From Lingula anatina (taxonomy: Eukaryota > Animalia > Brachiopoda), in the NCBI GenBank assembly GCA_051362555.1, contig CM120645.1, forward strand, positions 2,294,001-2,358,000: DNA of 64,000 nt. The letters run 5' to 3'. Under the pieces are notes generated by a model. The model was not told the DNA's origin, searched no databases, and was given only the letters and a program-made list of their open reading frames with translations. Shown here one piece after another: positions 50,906 through 63,651 of this stretch. The position numbers and the translations under genes are program-made. How positions within the stretch are numbered: the first letter of the stretch is position 1; every line of letters starts with the position of its first letter.

Positions 50906-52783
50906 ACGACAATCTTGAATAATGTGTCTCATACGCACTACTACACTTTGGAGCAATATTCATTAAGTGGAAAACTACAAATATGCATAAATATTTTTTC
51001 CATATTACATATCTTTAAGCATCAGGGTATCTAGTTACAATAATATTGCAATGCAGGTTTGGATTCCTATGTTCGGCAATACTTGAAAAGCTGGAAAAGT
51101 AACAGGGTTGACATTTCATATGCGGGTTTCCTTTTTTTTCGCACACTTTATCCAACTACTTGTACAAAATGGAGAAACAGAACATAAAAAAATAATAAAA
51201 TGTTGTTTAATGTTTTGTCCAAGAATACATAGAAATTCTAACTTCTTCAGCTAGTATGGCGACAAAAAATGGCCCAGGACACCTGTAAAGACACTCAAAT
51301 TATCTTATTATTCTATTTATTTAATTTCAGACTTTTTTATTTTTCATATATTAATCTTTTAATTTGAGATAAACAGTCTGGTGATTCTAGTCAGTAATTG
51401 TTCCAAATAAAGAAGAACATTTTCATACCTTCCCACTTTACCCCCATCTTCCACCCACTCCCCCCCCCACCCACTCCCCACCCACCCACCCCCATCCTCT
51501 GCCAAAACTTGTTTCCTTCCCAGAAGCCCCGGTTCTGTCTCCCTTTTACGTACTCCAAAATCAAAGGAAAGTCATTCTTTTTGTTAATAATTATCAGTTT
51601 TCTCTTCTTCTAAAATGCTGAATATATGTTTTTTGTAATTGCAATTGCAAAGACGAAGGATGTTTACACATTTCAAACGCTTGTAATTGTAAAAGTTTTA
51701 AAATTTGGAGCTTTAAGAAACCAGTACAAATTACTGTGGGGATAACTTTTTGGTATTTTAATTACACATTGTATGTTTATACGGTTATTAAGGGCATGCA
51801 CTGTATTTTCATTCGAAACTCATCAAAATAAAAAGGGATACTAACCTCTTATCTAATCGATAACAGACTTTCTGGTACACGTTACAAAACCAACAATGAG
51901 TACGTAATTGATGATGGACCAAAATGAACTGGCGATAAAAGGTGAACATGTTTTCTGGCCCATGCGGTTTTAATGATGTTTAGTGAATAGCATATAAAAT
52001 TCTAACCCCACAAATTGACTTGTGAACAAACTGCTGTAAGCGAGACAATCTCGGCATGGAAATAATAACAGCACTTTCAACCAAATACAAGACGTCTTCG
52101 ATGGGCCTACTTTTTCTCACTTTCTGAAATAAAAAGGGTATATGTACTGGATCAAAGGGAAAAGTTTAAATCAATCAGATAACATCAAACAAAGCAATTG
52201 TTAAGGGGCGATTAAGGTCAACAATAAAAACGAAATGAATCAACTTAAGTTCTGCAGCTGTGTTCTAACTGTATACGCAGAAGGCTCTAGTCACGTTATG
52301 TGCGGGTACAACGCAGACAATGCGCGCAGTTAAATGTACATTCACCGAGATTAAAAAATTACCTGCTGAGCCTGCGGATATGAGCGGTCAAACATTGATG
52401 GACATTTCTGAAGCTTCCATTGCCTTAAATCTTCCTATTCCTCTTTCGTTAATCTTTGCTAATGCTTCGGTGTCCTAATGCATCCGTTTTCACTACTAGA
52501 GTTTCTACTTTTGCTCAAACTGACATTTTACTCTAAGAGTGAAAACGCAGTGACCTTAGATAACGAGTTAAATTAACTTAAGCCAAGATATGAAAAAACA
52601 TGACCCTAAAACATTTTTTGCATGTTTTCCATTCACTTGGTCCGACATGGGCTTCGTCCCGACCTGGGCCTCGTTAAAAACCACTTGAGCCTGTTTATAA
52701 ATGTATATCCTTATATATTATGTAAATAATGTAATCTAGTGAGCCTGCAAATGTATATTCCTATCATTTAGTGCTCAAGAAAC

Positions 52784-52827
<44 letters not shown>

Positions 52828-52856
52828 TTAATCTCTGATGCTTATATTGCAATGTA

Positions 52857-53017
52857 CCCTCTACCAGAGCCGCAGTTATTATTATGGACATTTTTGGCTG
52901 AAGCGACCCTGTTAAGTTTGGTCCTAGATATGTCTATAGATATATAGACAGTCATTTTGGTCTGATGTTGCTTCAGCCAAAAATGTCCACAGTAATAACT
53001 GCGGCCCTGGTAGAGGG
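52857..53017. mobile_element. Foldback MITE with about 50-bp TIRs and TA flanks
   Basis: TA|CCCTCTACCAGAGCCGCAGTTATTA...GGACATTTTTGGCTGAAGC mirrored by GCTTCAGCCAAAAATGTCC...TAATAACTGCGGCCCTGGTAGAGGG|TA. Confidence 0.85.
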
Positions 53018-53089
53018 TAGTGAATATCTGTGGAAAATCAATCTGTAGCCCTGGTAGAGGATACCCTGGATCTCTGGAATGTTGTCTTG

Positions 53090-53415
53090 GCTTTATCTCT
53101 GGAGTGTGGTGATCGTCATAATTATACAGTTGGTCTAATCTGTTTTTAAAACTGTTGATTGACGGAGCTGTTATTATTTTTATGGGCAGATTGTTCCAAA
53201 TGTCCGTGGTTCTGACTGAGAATACATTTTTTTCTGATACAGTTTAAAGATCTAGACTTCTGAAGCTTTAGTTGCTGTCCACCTGTCGGTATAGATTTAT
53301 CACTGTTTTAGAAAAACTGATACTTCAGTGTCATATTTACAGCGTTTGATATTTTTTTTAAAGCTCAATCATATCGCTTCTCAATCTTCTATATGCTAAG
53401 CTGGGTAGTATTATT
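53090..53415 (-). mobile_element. CR1/L2-clade LINE 3' remnant (ORF2 C-terminus)
   Basis: Minus-strand translation gives LPSLAYRRLRSDMIEL and FSVRTTDIWNNLP...ITAPSINSFKNRLD, resembling the CR1 ORF2 tail; the frame is disrupted. Confidence 0.8.
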
Positions 53416-53970
53416 CTACCAAGAGACGAGGAGAAATATCTTGTCTGTGGACACCATATGATGTTATTGAAAGCATGGCATGCAGCCACATTTAGATAGC
53501 GTGCCCTCACGTCACAGTATTAAACTGATGATGTTTTCCCCAAGTCAACACAACACTAACAATACACTGCTACAGGCGAATACACGTATATACATACCTA
53601 GACATGGTACGTGACTGCTAACGCTCAAGCTGTTCTGGCATATAACGCTCGGGTGGCAGTATATTATCTAACACGCAACACACTTTGGTAAAGTGAGCGA
53701 ACATGAAAATCGAAAACAAGACTCTGCCACCATCATCACGTTCAGCTGACCTTGGTTCAGCTTGCAACGGAGCACTGTTCATCGTTTGGCGTGGTATTTA
53801 CCTTTTGCAGGGGCTTACTTATTTGAATAAAAACAATGCCTCCATCCTATCTGTGGAAGGAGGCCCAATTTTGTTTTGGGAAGGTCGATGTGATGTCACA
53901 AAAGGTGGGTCTAGGGAAGGGTGCGATGTTACCCCATCCTAAGCGTCGGTGCTAACCCCTCTCCACCTCC

Positions 53971-54002
<32 letters not shown>

Positions 54003-54364
54003 AGAAATATAACAACCAAAAGGAGACAAAGCAAAGCAATGTCCGATCCCATGATCTGCATATCAAGGTAAAATTGCCCTTGTCTGTTTTCTATAATATA
54101 ATGAATCCAAGCGAGGTGACAACATCATTGTGACCCCATCCCTAAGTAGAAAATTCCTAAATATGCTATTGTGTAAGGAAAACGACATGTTGGACGAAGG
54201 CTGACTACTTGGTATATGTAAATTGTTCTCTCTCAATCTCACTTTTTGTTTTAACGTCCCATTTTTCATTGGCGTGAGATCTTGCGCGATTAGGTAAAAA
54301 CGCATAGGCCCCTATTCACTATATATATATATCGGAAAAACATACAGCAAAATTCCATAAATGG

Positions 54365-54745
54365 ACAGAACATAAACTACGCACATTAAGAATGATATCA
54401 AAGGTAACGAACGGAAGCACCGTATTACCTGACACCATTCATTGGCCATTGGCAGACTTCTTCGAGGCATCAGCTTTGGCTAAATTAAAAGAAAGTGATA
54501 CGATGACTGTGACAAACCATCTGTCCCTTTTGTTAAACAACGGAAGATAAACCACGCATATTAAGAATAATAAAGTTAACGAACGGAAGCGCCATATTAC
54601 CTGACACCATTCATTGGCCATTGGCGGACGTACATTGTACTTCTCGGGGGCATCAGCTTTGGCTAGATTAAGAGAAAGTGCTACGATATGTGTAAGCAGC
54701 ATGGCATAACATCTGCCCCTTTTGTTATACCACGGAAGATAAACT
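54365..54745. repeat. Tandem duplication, about 172-bp period, about 2.2 copies
   Basis: AACGAACGGAAGC...TATTACCTGACACCATTCATTGGCCATTGGC...GCATCAGCTTTGGCTA occurs twice (ACCTGACACC at 54427 and 54599). Confidence 0.85.
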
Positions 54746-55594
54746 ATATTTCCCTTGTCAAGGTATTGAATATCATCAGAAGTGATTGGTACTTGATCAC
54801 TCTGTATCACCACGCAAAGCTATTATTGGATGTAGAAATAATGGAGCTTTCGGTCCAACTTCTATCTACGAGATATTTAACACCCAAACCCAATACAGAG
54901 GTGCAAATTAGGCCACAGGCATGCTCCTAAAAATATTTAGTGCTTAGATAACAAACAATGTTTGATTATTTGAGGGTCCCGCATGAAGAAGTTTGTTTCC
55001 ATGTTTAATTCTCCTGGAATCACGTATCATAAAAATAATTCTTCGACTATCCCCAAAAAGGAACATTCGTTACTGTCACAAATGAAAAAAATTTCCTGTG
55101 AAATGTTTTACTCTGAAAATTCTATCATCACTGGTTTTGTTCTTTCATTTATCTCCTACAAGTATAATGTTGAAAAAAGTATGATAATCTTCTGTATAGA
55201 GCAGGTAATTTTATGAGCGACTTTAGTTTGCATGTCACTGGATATTATAAAGGGGGGATACATCTACTGACAGTAAAATAAGCATTAAATAAACTCTTTG
55301 CCATTCGTGATCCAAATATTGTATCAGAAATGTCAATCTATCATGGAATCACAATATATTCTTCTAACCTCTTTCCTATTGCACAATTTTTCTGGGAAAC
55401 ACGTTACGTACATGTAGTATTGGCCACAATGCAAAGCTCATTTAGTTACAGTTTAAATATTTATAAAAAAACATCCTTACGTCATATATAATTTACCATG
55501 ACTGAATCACTACAAAATATAACGGAACGCGGTATAAAAACTGAAATTATATGACGTTACGTTACCGGAAAATGCGTATGTTTGTATGCACGGT

Positions 55595-55597
<3 letters not shown>

Positions 55598-55634
<37 letters not shown>
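55598..55634. repeat. (AG)n microsatellite
   Basis: Directly visible. Confidence 0.95.
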
Positions 55635-55637
<3 letters not shown>

Positions 55638-56486
55638 GCTTTTTTATCCCAACTTTTGAGGTATCAGTTAAATGTGTTTACAGATATGTCGACTAAAGAC
55701 ATCCACACACACACACGTGCGCGCACAAACTTGTATATACAGAACTTTGATAGCCTTGAATCAATAATTTCCTCCCTTTTTGGTTAAGAATAGGGTGGAC
55801 TGTATCTGTCATCTCGTTTGAATATTGGTCCGAACTCCTTTCTGGAAACGCGAGCAAGCTATTCAATGGCGGCATGACGGCTGTGCTCTGTTCTACACCT
55901 ACGGATCAACTGGTCTCATCGATTCATTAACATGTTTTCACTCTGTAATTGTGCAAATCTGTTGTGAAATATTATTAGAGTACAGGCCGCGTGCACGCAA
56001 AATGAGAGCAGCCATGTTAACGTTTTTGGCTTTTATGTATGACAAGTGTAAAATGCCTTTTGTTTTAAGCTTTGTTTTATTTTTTCGTTTAATTTTTTTT
56101 TATTCTGAAGCGTGTGTTGGCAAGAAATGCGTTGGCTGTCGAGCTGTGGTTCGAAACAAACCAAAAGAAACGCCGCAGCTCGCCACTCGAACGTTGTACG
56201 GGGCATAGACTGGCTGGTTTAAATGTCCAATATGTTGGGGTCAAGGCCGTCAAGATGAACAACGATTCTCTGAATCGCCATAAAATTTTTGCTACAAGTT
56301 TTTTTTTTTTTTTTTTGTATCTATATTTGAAAAACGAAAAACTAAATGAAATTTATAAATTCACTTTAAGAGTGTTCTGCAGTCAGTAAGTCACTTTTTA
56401 CAAAGTTGTGTTTCAACATTGGAATTGGTTAAAACGCGCTAACCACCAAAGGTTTGAAATGCGATAATAGACTGGAGCAGATATTG

Positions 56487-56654
56487 CAGGCCCACAGCCA
56501 GGGGGGTTCTGAGAGGTTCGAAAGAACGGCCTTTTTTGTCAGGAAAAAGTCAATTCTGGGTAATATATGATCTAGGTACGCAAGACTCCCACTGTAAAAG
56601 GTCAATTTTTTCAGAAAAAGAACCTCCATTTTGAAATTGCTTGCCACGGGCATG
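56487..56654 (+). mobile_element. MITE family B copy (5-bp TSD TATTG)
   Basis: CAGGCCCACAGCCAG...TTGCCACGGGCATG, TATTG on both flanks, interior similar to the 58489 copy. Confidence 0.82.
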
Positions 56655-58488
56655 TATTGCTTGACAGAACAACGGCCATAGTACACCTTCAGATTCAGCG
56701 CGACTTAAAATCATTTCACAAATAATAATAATACCATATTATATACAGAATTTGAATTGTCATAATTGCCAGTTCTTTACAATACAAAATACAATACATC
56801 AAAACGCTATTATAAGTAATACAAAAGTGTAAAGCCAATATTATCAGAAAGAAGTAAAATATAAACGTTGGCAACCAATGTGAAGCTTAACACTTAGATG
56901 AAAAATTTGCGTCATGCTAAATTCTCACTGTAGGAGCTTTATTGTATCTATTCCAGGAAGTTTTACAGGCCTAATTCAGCGTTGATTTAATAATCACGTT
57001 CTTAGCTTCTATTCCAGCACGTTTCAGAAACGTGTTTCCGCTTAAAGTGGTAGACGAGAGGCAGGTGTAGAAAGCGATAGACGACCAACTTTGTTTGATT
57101 ATTGAACGGTAGAGAACTTTGCAGTGCCATTCCTCAAATGTTGGTAACCCACACGTTTTGTGTTAATTTTGCATCATTCTTGCTTGCCCCATTCTTTTTT
57201 TAATGTTTTATATATATCTCAGTGGGCTCTCTGCATGTTAATTTCGAAATTTCAAATTTTTTATATATAGAAAAAAACATTATCCTTATGGAAATCAATA
57301 GCCTTATTATCAAGCTACAAAAAAGTTGAAACGATAATCTCCAAAATGGTGGTCTTTATCACAAGGCGAAAATCTGACCCGCCCAACCCCCCCCCCCCCC
57401 CCAAACACACACACATACACACACACACACACACACACTTGTGAAAAGAAGTTTCGCAAGTAAACATGCAAGTGTCACTGACATGGGGCAGGAAGTCGCT
57501 TTTTTTGTGGGATGACTGTGCCTTGACCCGTGCTCTCTCTCGCATGTAACTCCCAGAACCTTGAAACTTTAGATATTTTACCCAAAAAGCTATCCAATTT
57601 CCCTTATATGTGAATTTTTAGTTTGTATATTTATGACCGAATAACCCATTATTTTATATTAGAGGAGGTGAAAGCTGGTGCTGTGTGGTAAAGCAGAGCC
57701 CTCTTAACCTCCACAAGTGATGCAGCTTGAATATGCACTCGATATTATATGTCTGTGGCTATTTCATTACAATTTGTTTTACTCTAACCAAGGAAAAAAT
57801 CATCTGGACTCTAGTATTAGAGTAGAGACCCTACGACACCGGAACTAAGTACATTAGATAACATTTAGAATAGAAAATGTGACATATATTTTTCTAATTA
57901 AATCGATAAGAATGAATGGTTCTAAACACCCTCACTAATCAAATGAAACAGGTATATGCATTTCCCTATTTTGCGGTTTGAAACAAATAGTAAAAAAAAA
58001 CATTAATCTTGCGCATGTCACAGCTACTTCGTGACAAAGAAAAGGATATCGATTTTAGCAAGAGAAGAACATGGTCGATGTGAGTTGGGGGCAGAGATCC
58101 TATCTATGCACATGTATGATCGAATGAGCAATGACAACAGGGAAACGTGAATCAACTTTCTGAAATGTGAGTCAGGAATTGTCATACAGCAATAACAACA
58201 AGCTGTTCAACGTGACAGGTAAGTCTCGTCCTAGATTTTGACCTACTTGCATCATGCTAGCCCTAACCTGTGTGAATCTAATGGTGGGCTCTCTGCGCCT
58301 GCAAGCAGCTACGTTTGATTGGAACTTGGGCAAATATAACGCAAAACCGAAATGTGCCCAGTGAGAAAATAGGCTGCATTCGGAACTAGTCCTCGGGTCA
58401 AACATGGCGACCCACTAAAAAGCTTGCCGTCTAATCCGGGAAGTATTTCAAGTAGTTCAAGTAGGTGGGCATCTTTGACCTTCGAACT

Positions 58489-58669
58489 CAGGCCCGTAGC
58501 CAGGTGAGGGGGGGGGGGGGGTTCAGGGGGTTAAAAAAAAAAACCTTTTTGCTGAAAAAAGGTCCACTCTGGGTAAAATTTGACATAAGTACATGGGGAT
58601 TTTTCGGTAAAAGGTCCACTTTTTCAGAAAAAGAACCCACCCCCTTTGAAATTGCTGGCTACGGGCCTG
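58489..58669 (+). mobile_element. MITE family B copy (perfect 15-bp TIR, 5-bp TSD GAACT)
   Basis: CAGGCCCGTAGCCAG ... CTGGCTACGGGCCTG with GAACT on both flanks. Confidence 0.9.
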
Positions 58670-59765
58670 GAACTAGTTAGTCCACTTCTCTGAATGCGGC
58701 CTAAAATCAAAGGAACAACTTTGAATATCCAGTGAAATGTTTTTCTCCGTGGCTCTAGCTGACTTTTCGGTGTCCATAACTGGGTTAACTAGATTTATCA
58801 TTTACTATCCGTGTTTGATAATGTCCCGGAGTCGCATATTGTATGGCTAAATGGCCCGCAAAGGTACTTATCTTTCGCAATTCAGAACCTAAAAACTATA
58901 AAGCCCCCCAAGAAGGATATTTTCATTCGGAATATACGTTTTCTTGAAGACATTGCTATCCGCGAGACCTACATGTCATTTAGAACTAAGTTATTCAACC
59001 AGATCTGATTTAAAACTCCCAATGCAGGGGGAATACGGATCTGGCAATGGTTCATAAGTAAATATAAGTATAAGGAAATTACTTATTTTTCCAGGAAAAT
59101 TCGATTTGGTGGAAAAATTTTTGGAGGATACCTTCAGTTTGAGGGAGATAGTAGCTAAAAAACGGGCCTCCGGGTACAATTGCATTATACGCAAATGTGA
59201 ATATAATTACGTTTCTAATAGATAAACGTTTCTATGGTGACGTTTGTATTTACAGATGTAAAACCTGACTCGATGCTTGTAATTGGCATGGTTGCAGAAT
59301 TTGCGATGTAAAGAGATTATCGGCAACAGCAACATAATTAATTATGGAGAAGGGGCGGGACCAAACCCGTGACACCTGTCCGTCACAACATTTAAGTACA
59401 TGCTTTATAATGAACATTCGATCCTTTATATAGCAAAAACAAGGTTTTCCCGGAATTTTCAACATTTTAAGAAAAAATTGGTGAAATGTCAAGGAAAAAA
59501 ATTATTGAAATGTCAAGAAAATTAGGCTGCTATATAAACGTTCAAGGCCTGTTGTGTATGTATCCCTTTAATCCACTATTGAAAGCCACGCACGTGTGTA
59601 TCTGCGTGGTTGAGACGGAGGGAGGGGCTACGTGTCTGTCAATCACACGACGTAAGTGTAAACCACCACAGAGATACCACTTTCACTGGAAAGTACCATC
59701 ATTGAAAGCTTCGTGGACGTTAATATTTCCATACTTCACTCAGTGGGAGGGGCTTCATGTCTGCA

Positions 59766-59772
59766 TATAAAA
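59766..59772 (+). promoter_or_regulatory. Candidate TATA box for the GPCR gene
   Basis: TATAAAA about 190 bp upstream of the ATG with nearby ACGT-core motifs; motif match only. Confidence 0.3.
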
Positions 59773-59960
59773 CGTGTCATGAGCCAATGCAGTAGTAGCC
59801 CTGCAGCTAGGCGCTACCGTTTAGTGCGTGTATAACAGTATATACATTCCATACCTTACAGCTGTTTGTAAACAATTTTGAGGTTTGGCGATCCAGGTAC
59901 GTGTCATCCTTCCAGCCAAAAGGACGACAGGCATACCTCGGGTTTAAGAATTTAAACAGA

Positions 59961-61172
59961 ATGGACGCTTTCGAGGATGCCGTCTACTTCAGGCCGAATG
60001 CCTCGTTAAAGGTACCCAACTCCACCGATAACAGCCCATTGCCTCCGCTGACTGGGGTATACCGATTCGACTACCTTGCCAAGCTCGTAGTGATATGTGC
60101 TGGTGCTTTTTGCAGTATTTTCTCAGCAGTGATTTTTCGTCGCCCGGTAATGTACAAGAACATAGCAGCTGCGTATCTTCTGTCAGTGATTTCTATCTCA
60201 GACTCGTGTTACCTGATTTCAGCGTTCGTGCTTGGTCTCGAGCGCCTGCAGTGCGGCATCGCCTTGCCTAATGGCGTCTGCCAGGCGGTGTTGTATGCAT
60301 CGCACGTGTTGAGGTGCCTTTGCACTTGGTTGATCGTCAGTCTGGCCTTCTTCTCCTACATGTACATCTCCCGGGAAGGGAGAGCCCAGAAGCACTTCAG
60401 ATCCGTCCACTGCAAGGTGGTGGTGGCCTGGCAGGGACTGTTCGCAGGCATGGCCTTCCTGCACCTCACCTGGATGACGGGGGTTGAGACGGGAATGTGT
60501 TTCCCGTTTTTCGGGCTGTATTTCTCTGCTCTGGTCGTCATGGAAAAAATCGAAACTTTCATCGTAGTTATCCTCCCGGACGTCCTCCTCTGCGTTGTTT
60601 GCTCTTTAAGCTTTTACATCTGCATCAGAAGGTCTTATTTCAAGGCCACCACGACGCGGCAAACGTACATTCCCAACGCCTCGGAAATACGTCCTTTTCA
60701 CCTGCAGGAGGGGGACAGAGAGGAGGCTGCCAGTCAACAACAGGACCGGTCCCCATTGAGTGGCGAGGACGCAATTTTCCACCTAAAGATCCCCGTTGCC
60801 GTCTGTTCCCTACATTTCGTGCTGTCTCTTCCACAGCACGTCATCCAGATACGGATCATCGTACTACAGCTGATGTACGGGGACTTCGAATACAGCCCCT
60901 CGACGGAGGAGAATTACCTTCATGATGTTTTCCATGTGGTGTCTTTAACCAAATTCGCCATGAACTGTATCATGTACTCGTTGCTCTCTGCGACTTTTAG
61001 AGCCAATGTCAAAGCGCTGCTATTGCCGTCAAGGTGCTGGCGGCCATTCACGACGATGACAAACGCAATTGAAACGCCGAGCGTGGCGGATGAATCGGTT
61101 GGAACGAGGACGACGGTCCTAGCACCGGATGCCGACAATGCAGATACCCAAAGTGCCGTGGAAGACTCATAA
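59961..61172 (+). CDS. Intronless rhodopsin-like (class A) GPCR, peptide-receptor-like orphan, about 403 aa
   Basis: Seven hydrophobic segments; TM2 ISISDSCYL, Cys at top of TM3 (GVCQ), WLIVSL in TM3, ECL2 Cys (GMCFP), TM5 VVILPD, TM6 FVLSLP, TM7/helix 8 FAMNCIMYSLLSATFR; N-terminal N-glycosylation sequons NAS and NST. First ATG is 59961; the ORF track starts at an upstream GTG (59901). Confidence 0.88.
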   Translation: MDAFEDAVYFRPNASLKVPNSTDNSPLPPLTGVYRFDYLAKLVVICAGAFCSIFSAVIFRRPVMYKNIAAAYLLSVISISDSCYLISAFVLGLERLQCGIALPNGVCQAVLYASHVLRCLCTWLIVSLAFFSYMYISREGRAQKHFRSVHCKVVVAWQGLFAGMAFLHLTWMTGVETGMCFPFFGLYFSALVVMEKIETFIVVILPDVLLCVVCSLSFYICIRRSYFKATTTRQTYIPNASEIRPFHLQEGDREEAASQQQDRSPLSGEDAIFHLKIPVAVCSLHFVLSLPQHVIQIRIIVLQLMYGDFEYSPSTEENYLHDVFHVVSLTKFAMNCIMYSLLSATFRANVKALLLPSRCWRPFTTMTNAIETPSVADESVGTRTTVLAPDADNADTQSAVEDS

Positions 61173-61300
61173 ACTTTCACAGGCGAGATTATGTGACGGT
61201 CACTCGGTACCATTAATACTACGTAAAAAACATGACATGTTCAATCACTTCACTCATTCCAGTGTTTATCTTTTCCAGATCAATCATTTTGACTTACTCA

Positions 61301-61306
61301 AATAAA
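61301..61306 (+). promoter_or_regulatory. Candidate polyadenylation signal of the GPCR gene
   Basis: AATAAA about 130 bp after the stop codon. Confidence 0.4.
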
Positions 61307-61724
61307 AAAATCTTACTTGATGCCAAATAACTTAATAAGGAATATATACTGAATCAACAGTTTTATGTATTACGGACAACTGTTTTACAGAATATTGATT
61401 TATTTTGTTCGCATTAAATAGTACGGTATTGTGATAATACAGTGTCTTAATACTCGTGCCTCTGGGTGGACTGTTTTTCCTCAGGAAATTTCTTTTAAAT
61501 TCATTTCCTTGTTAAAAAAGGGGGGCAATGCTAGAGCTGCAAGGTGACTTATTCAATATATATACAATTTGAATTCTTTTTTATAAATATTCAACAAATC
61601 GCCGCTCAAAATACGTTATATTAAAAGACATTAAACTCCTACTGAATTCAAAAATGCCGGATAAAGAACTGAAAACTAAACCAAATTTGACTTCCGGGTA
61701 CTGTTCATCCATCAATGCAAAAGA

Positions 61725-61934
61725 CTGGCCCCAGTTTCACAAAAAAAAAAATGTAGTCAGTTCCGTGGCTTAGTAGACTATTATTTCCACAAAAGTGCAG
61801 TAACACTGTTCCTGACAGGGTGCGATGTGTGCATGTGACTATGTAACGTTGATAATTAAGTTCTTAGCCAGGGAACCTGACTTAAATATTTTATTATTAT
61901 TTATTTATTTTTTTTTTTTGAAACCGAGACCTGC
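61725..61934. mobile_element. Degenerate Harbinger-like MITE
   Basis: CTGGCCCCAGTTTCACAAAA... mirrored imperfectly by ...TTTTGAAACCGAGACCTG. Confidence 0.5.
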
Positions 61935-62718
61935 TGCCTGATAAAATGTCAGTCTCTCAGACGCCTAGATAGTTCCACGTAAAACGAAGGCTGATTACTT
62001 CCAGTTATATGACCACGTTAACAAATACAATGATATAAAGGACTTACCTTTCTGCATAACGCGTTCAAATGTACAACAACGAAAGAGCTGTTCATGAACA
62101 CAAGGCACTGTGAAAAGCGATTCAAACGCGGTAAAAAGTATTACAGCGTTCTTGTAGCAGATAAACCTATTAGTAAACATCGTGTGCGAATACGAGTGAT
62201 ATATGAATTCACACCTCTAGGTGTATTGTAAAAAACCATATTACTGGCGAAAAGATTCGTTTGTGTATAGACTTTATTGTCACGACATCATATTCAGTTC
62301 GCTCTGTATTCTATAGCTGTTGTGTATACTTCTTTGGCGTCAACGTAATTTTTAACACTGCAAATTTGCTGATGGCAGACTTATAACGTGCCAGACGCAT
62401 GGAATCACTGTTCCTCGGAGGCCAATTAGGCTGACTGCACATCACAACCGATTTCGAACTATACACGAGCTCGAGAAAACGCTCAAATTACCCTACGCTC
62501 ATAATTATCTCCTAGCACGTCCTTATGTTTCGCTACAGCCTTTAACTTCTTAAAACGGGGGGAAAAAAACAAAACAAAAATCATTCAGCTATTGAGGTAC
62601 AAACACCGTAAAATGAAATTGGGTTTTAACACCTTCTCAAGTTATGACAAGATCGTGGTTAGAATGTCTGATTCATTTTGAGGAGAAGGCGAGGTTCAAT
62701 CCGTCCGGAGACATACCA

Positions 62719-62841
62719 GGGCTCCGTAACTCGAAAGCATCGCGAATTGCGACCGAGCGCAAGAGTCTCGATTCCATATCTCTAAGAGCCTCGAAATGAA
62801 AGGTGATCCGCAATTCGCGATGCTTTCGAGTTACGGGGCCC
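62719..62841. mobile_element. Hairpin MITE with about 33-bp TIRs (PIF/Harbinger-like termini)
   Basis: GGGCTCCGTAACTCGAAAGCATCGCGAATTGCG ... CGCAATTCGCGATGCTTTCGAGTTACGGGGCCC. Confidence 0.8.
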
Positions 62842-63597
62842 ATTTCTTCAAATGCATTGTACCTGGCGTCTCCTCGTTTGGCAGAACCTATTCGGGTAAC
62901 AGCAGACAGAATGAACCGAGGTAAAGTACCTAGTTTGGCGATGAACGCTTTTCACGCTTCATACACCAGCTGTGTCATCCCCAGGGAAGTGAGAGTGGAG
63001 AATGTCTGCAACCAATCTGAATCAGTACCATGAAATATAGTAGGCAAAGTGTCGACTGTGGTAAGCCGCACCGAGACGCAATGCGATGCGACGCGATAAC
63101 TTATTAGGAACCAGACTCTATTTGCATGCTTTAACAAGCAGCATATTATATATAAAGAATGGTAAGAATACAAATCAAAATAACGAAGTAAGGATTGCCT
63201 GGAAAGTTGCTAGCACCGGATACGGCTGACATATCTGTAATTAGAGTAATTTTCTTAAGCAAGGATATGGCAGTAATCCGCCACATAATGAATGGAATGC
63301 GCTCTCTTTCAGACGCCAGTTTCTTAATTAAAGGTATTTAATGCAAAAAAGGGGGTTCATTTTGCCATTATCACAAAGGTATATCATAGCCCATAGCGTA
63401 GAGAAATGTATGACTTATGTAACCGTTTGGAGTCCTAATTTCTCATTTAACCGGGAAAAAGTGATATTCATCCGTTTCCATCTCTCTTATGAGAGAGACC
63501 CAAGACAAGGTTTACAGATCGTAACTCCATGAACGGCATTGGATTTGGTATATACCTGAATGATTCATTGAAAAATGATGCCAATAACAGGGTAATT

Positions 63598-63599
<2 letters not shown>

Positions 63600-63650
<51 letters not shown>
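63600..63650. repeat. Poly(T) tract of about 51 nt
   Basis: Directly visible; could be a retroposed poly(A) tail on the minus strand. Confidence 0.9.

Positions 63651-63651
<1 letters not shown>

Noticed and set aside
46730-59900. Numerous 60-127 aa ORFs in the 3'UTR and intergenic region
   Set aside because: No recognisable domains, mostly non-ATG starts or microsatellite-derived; consistent with chance ORFs.
59901-59960. GTG-started 20-aa N-terminal extension of the GPCR in the ORF track
   Set aside because: In a eukaryote the first ATG (59961) is the default start; the region may be 5'UTR or a small intron (CAG|GTACGT at 59897).
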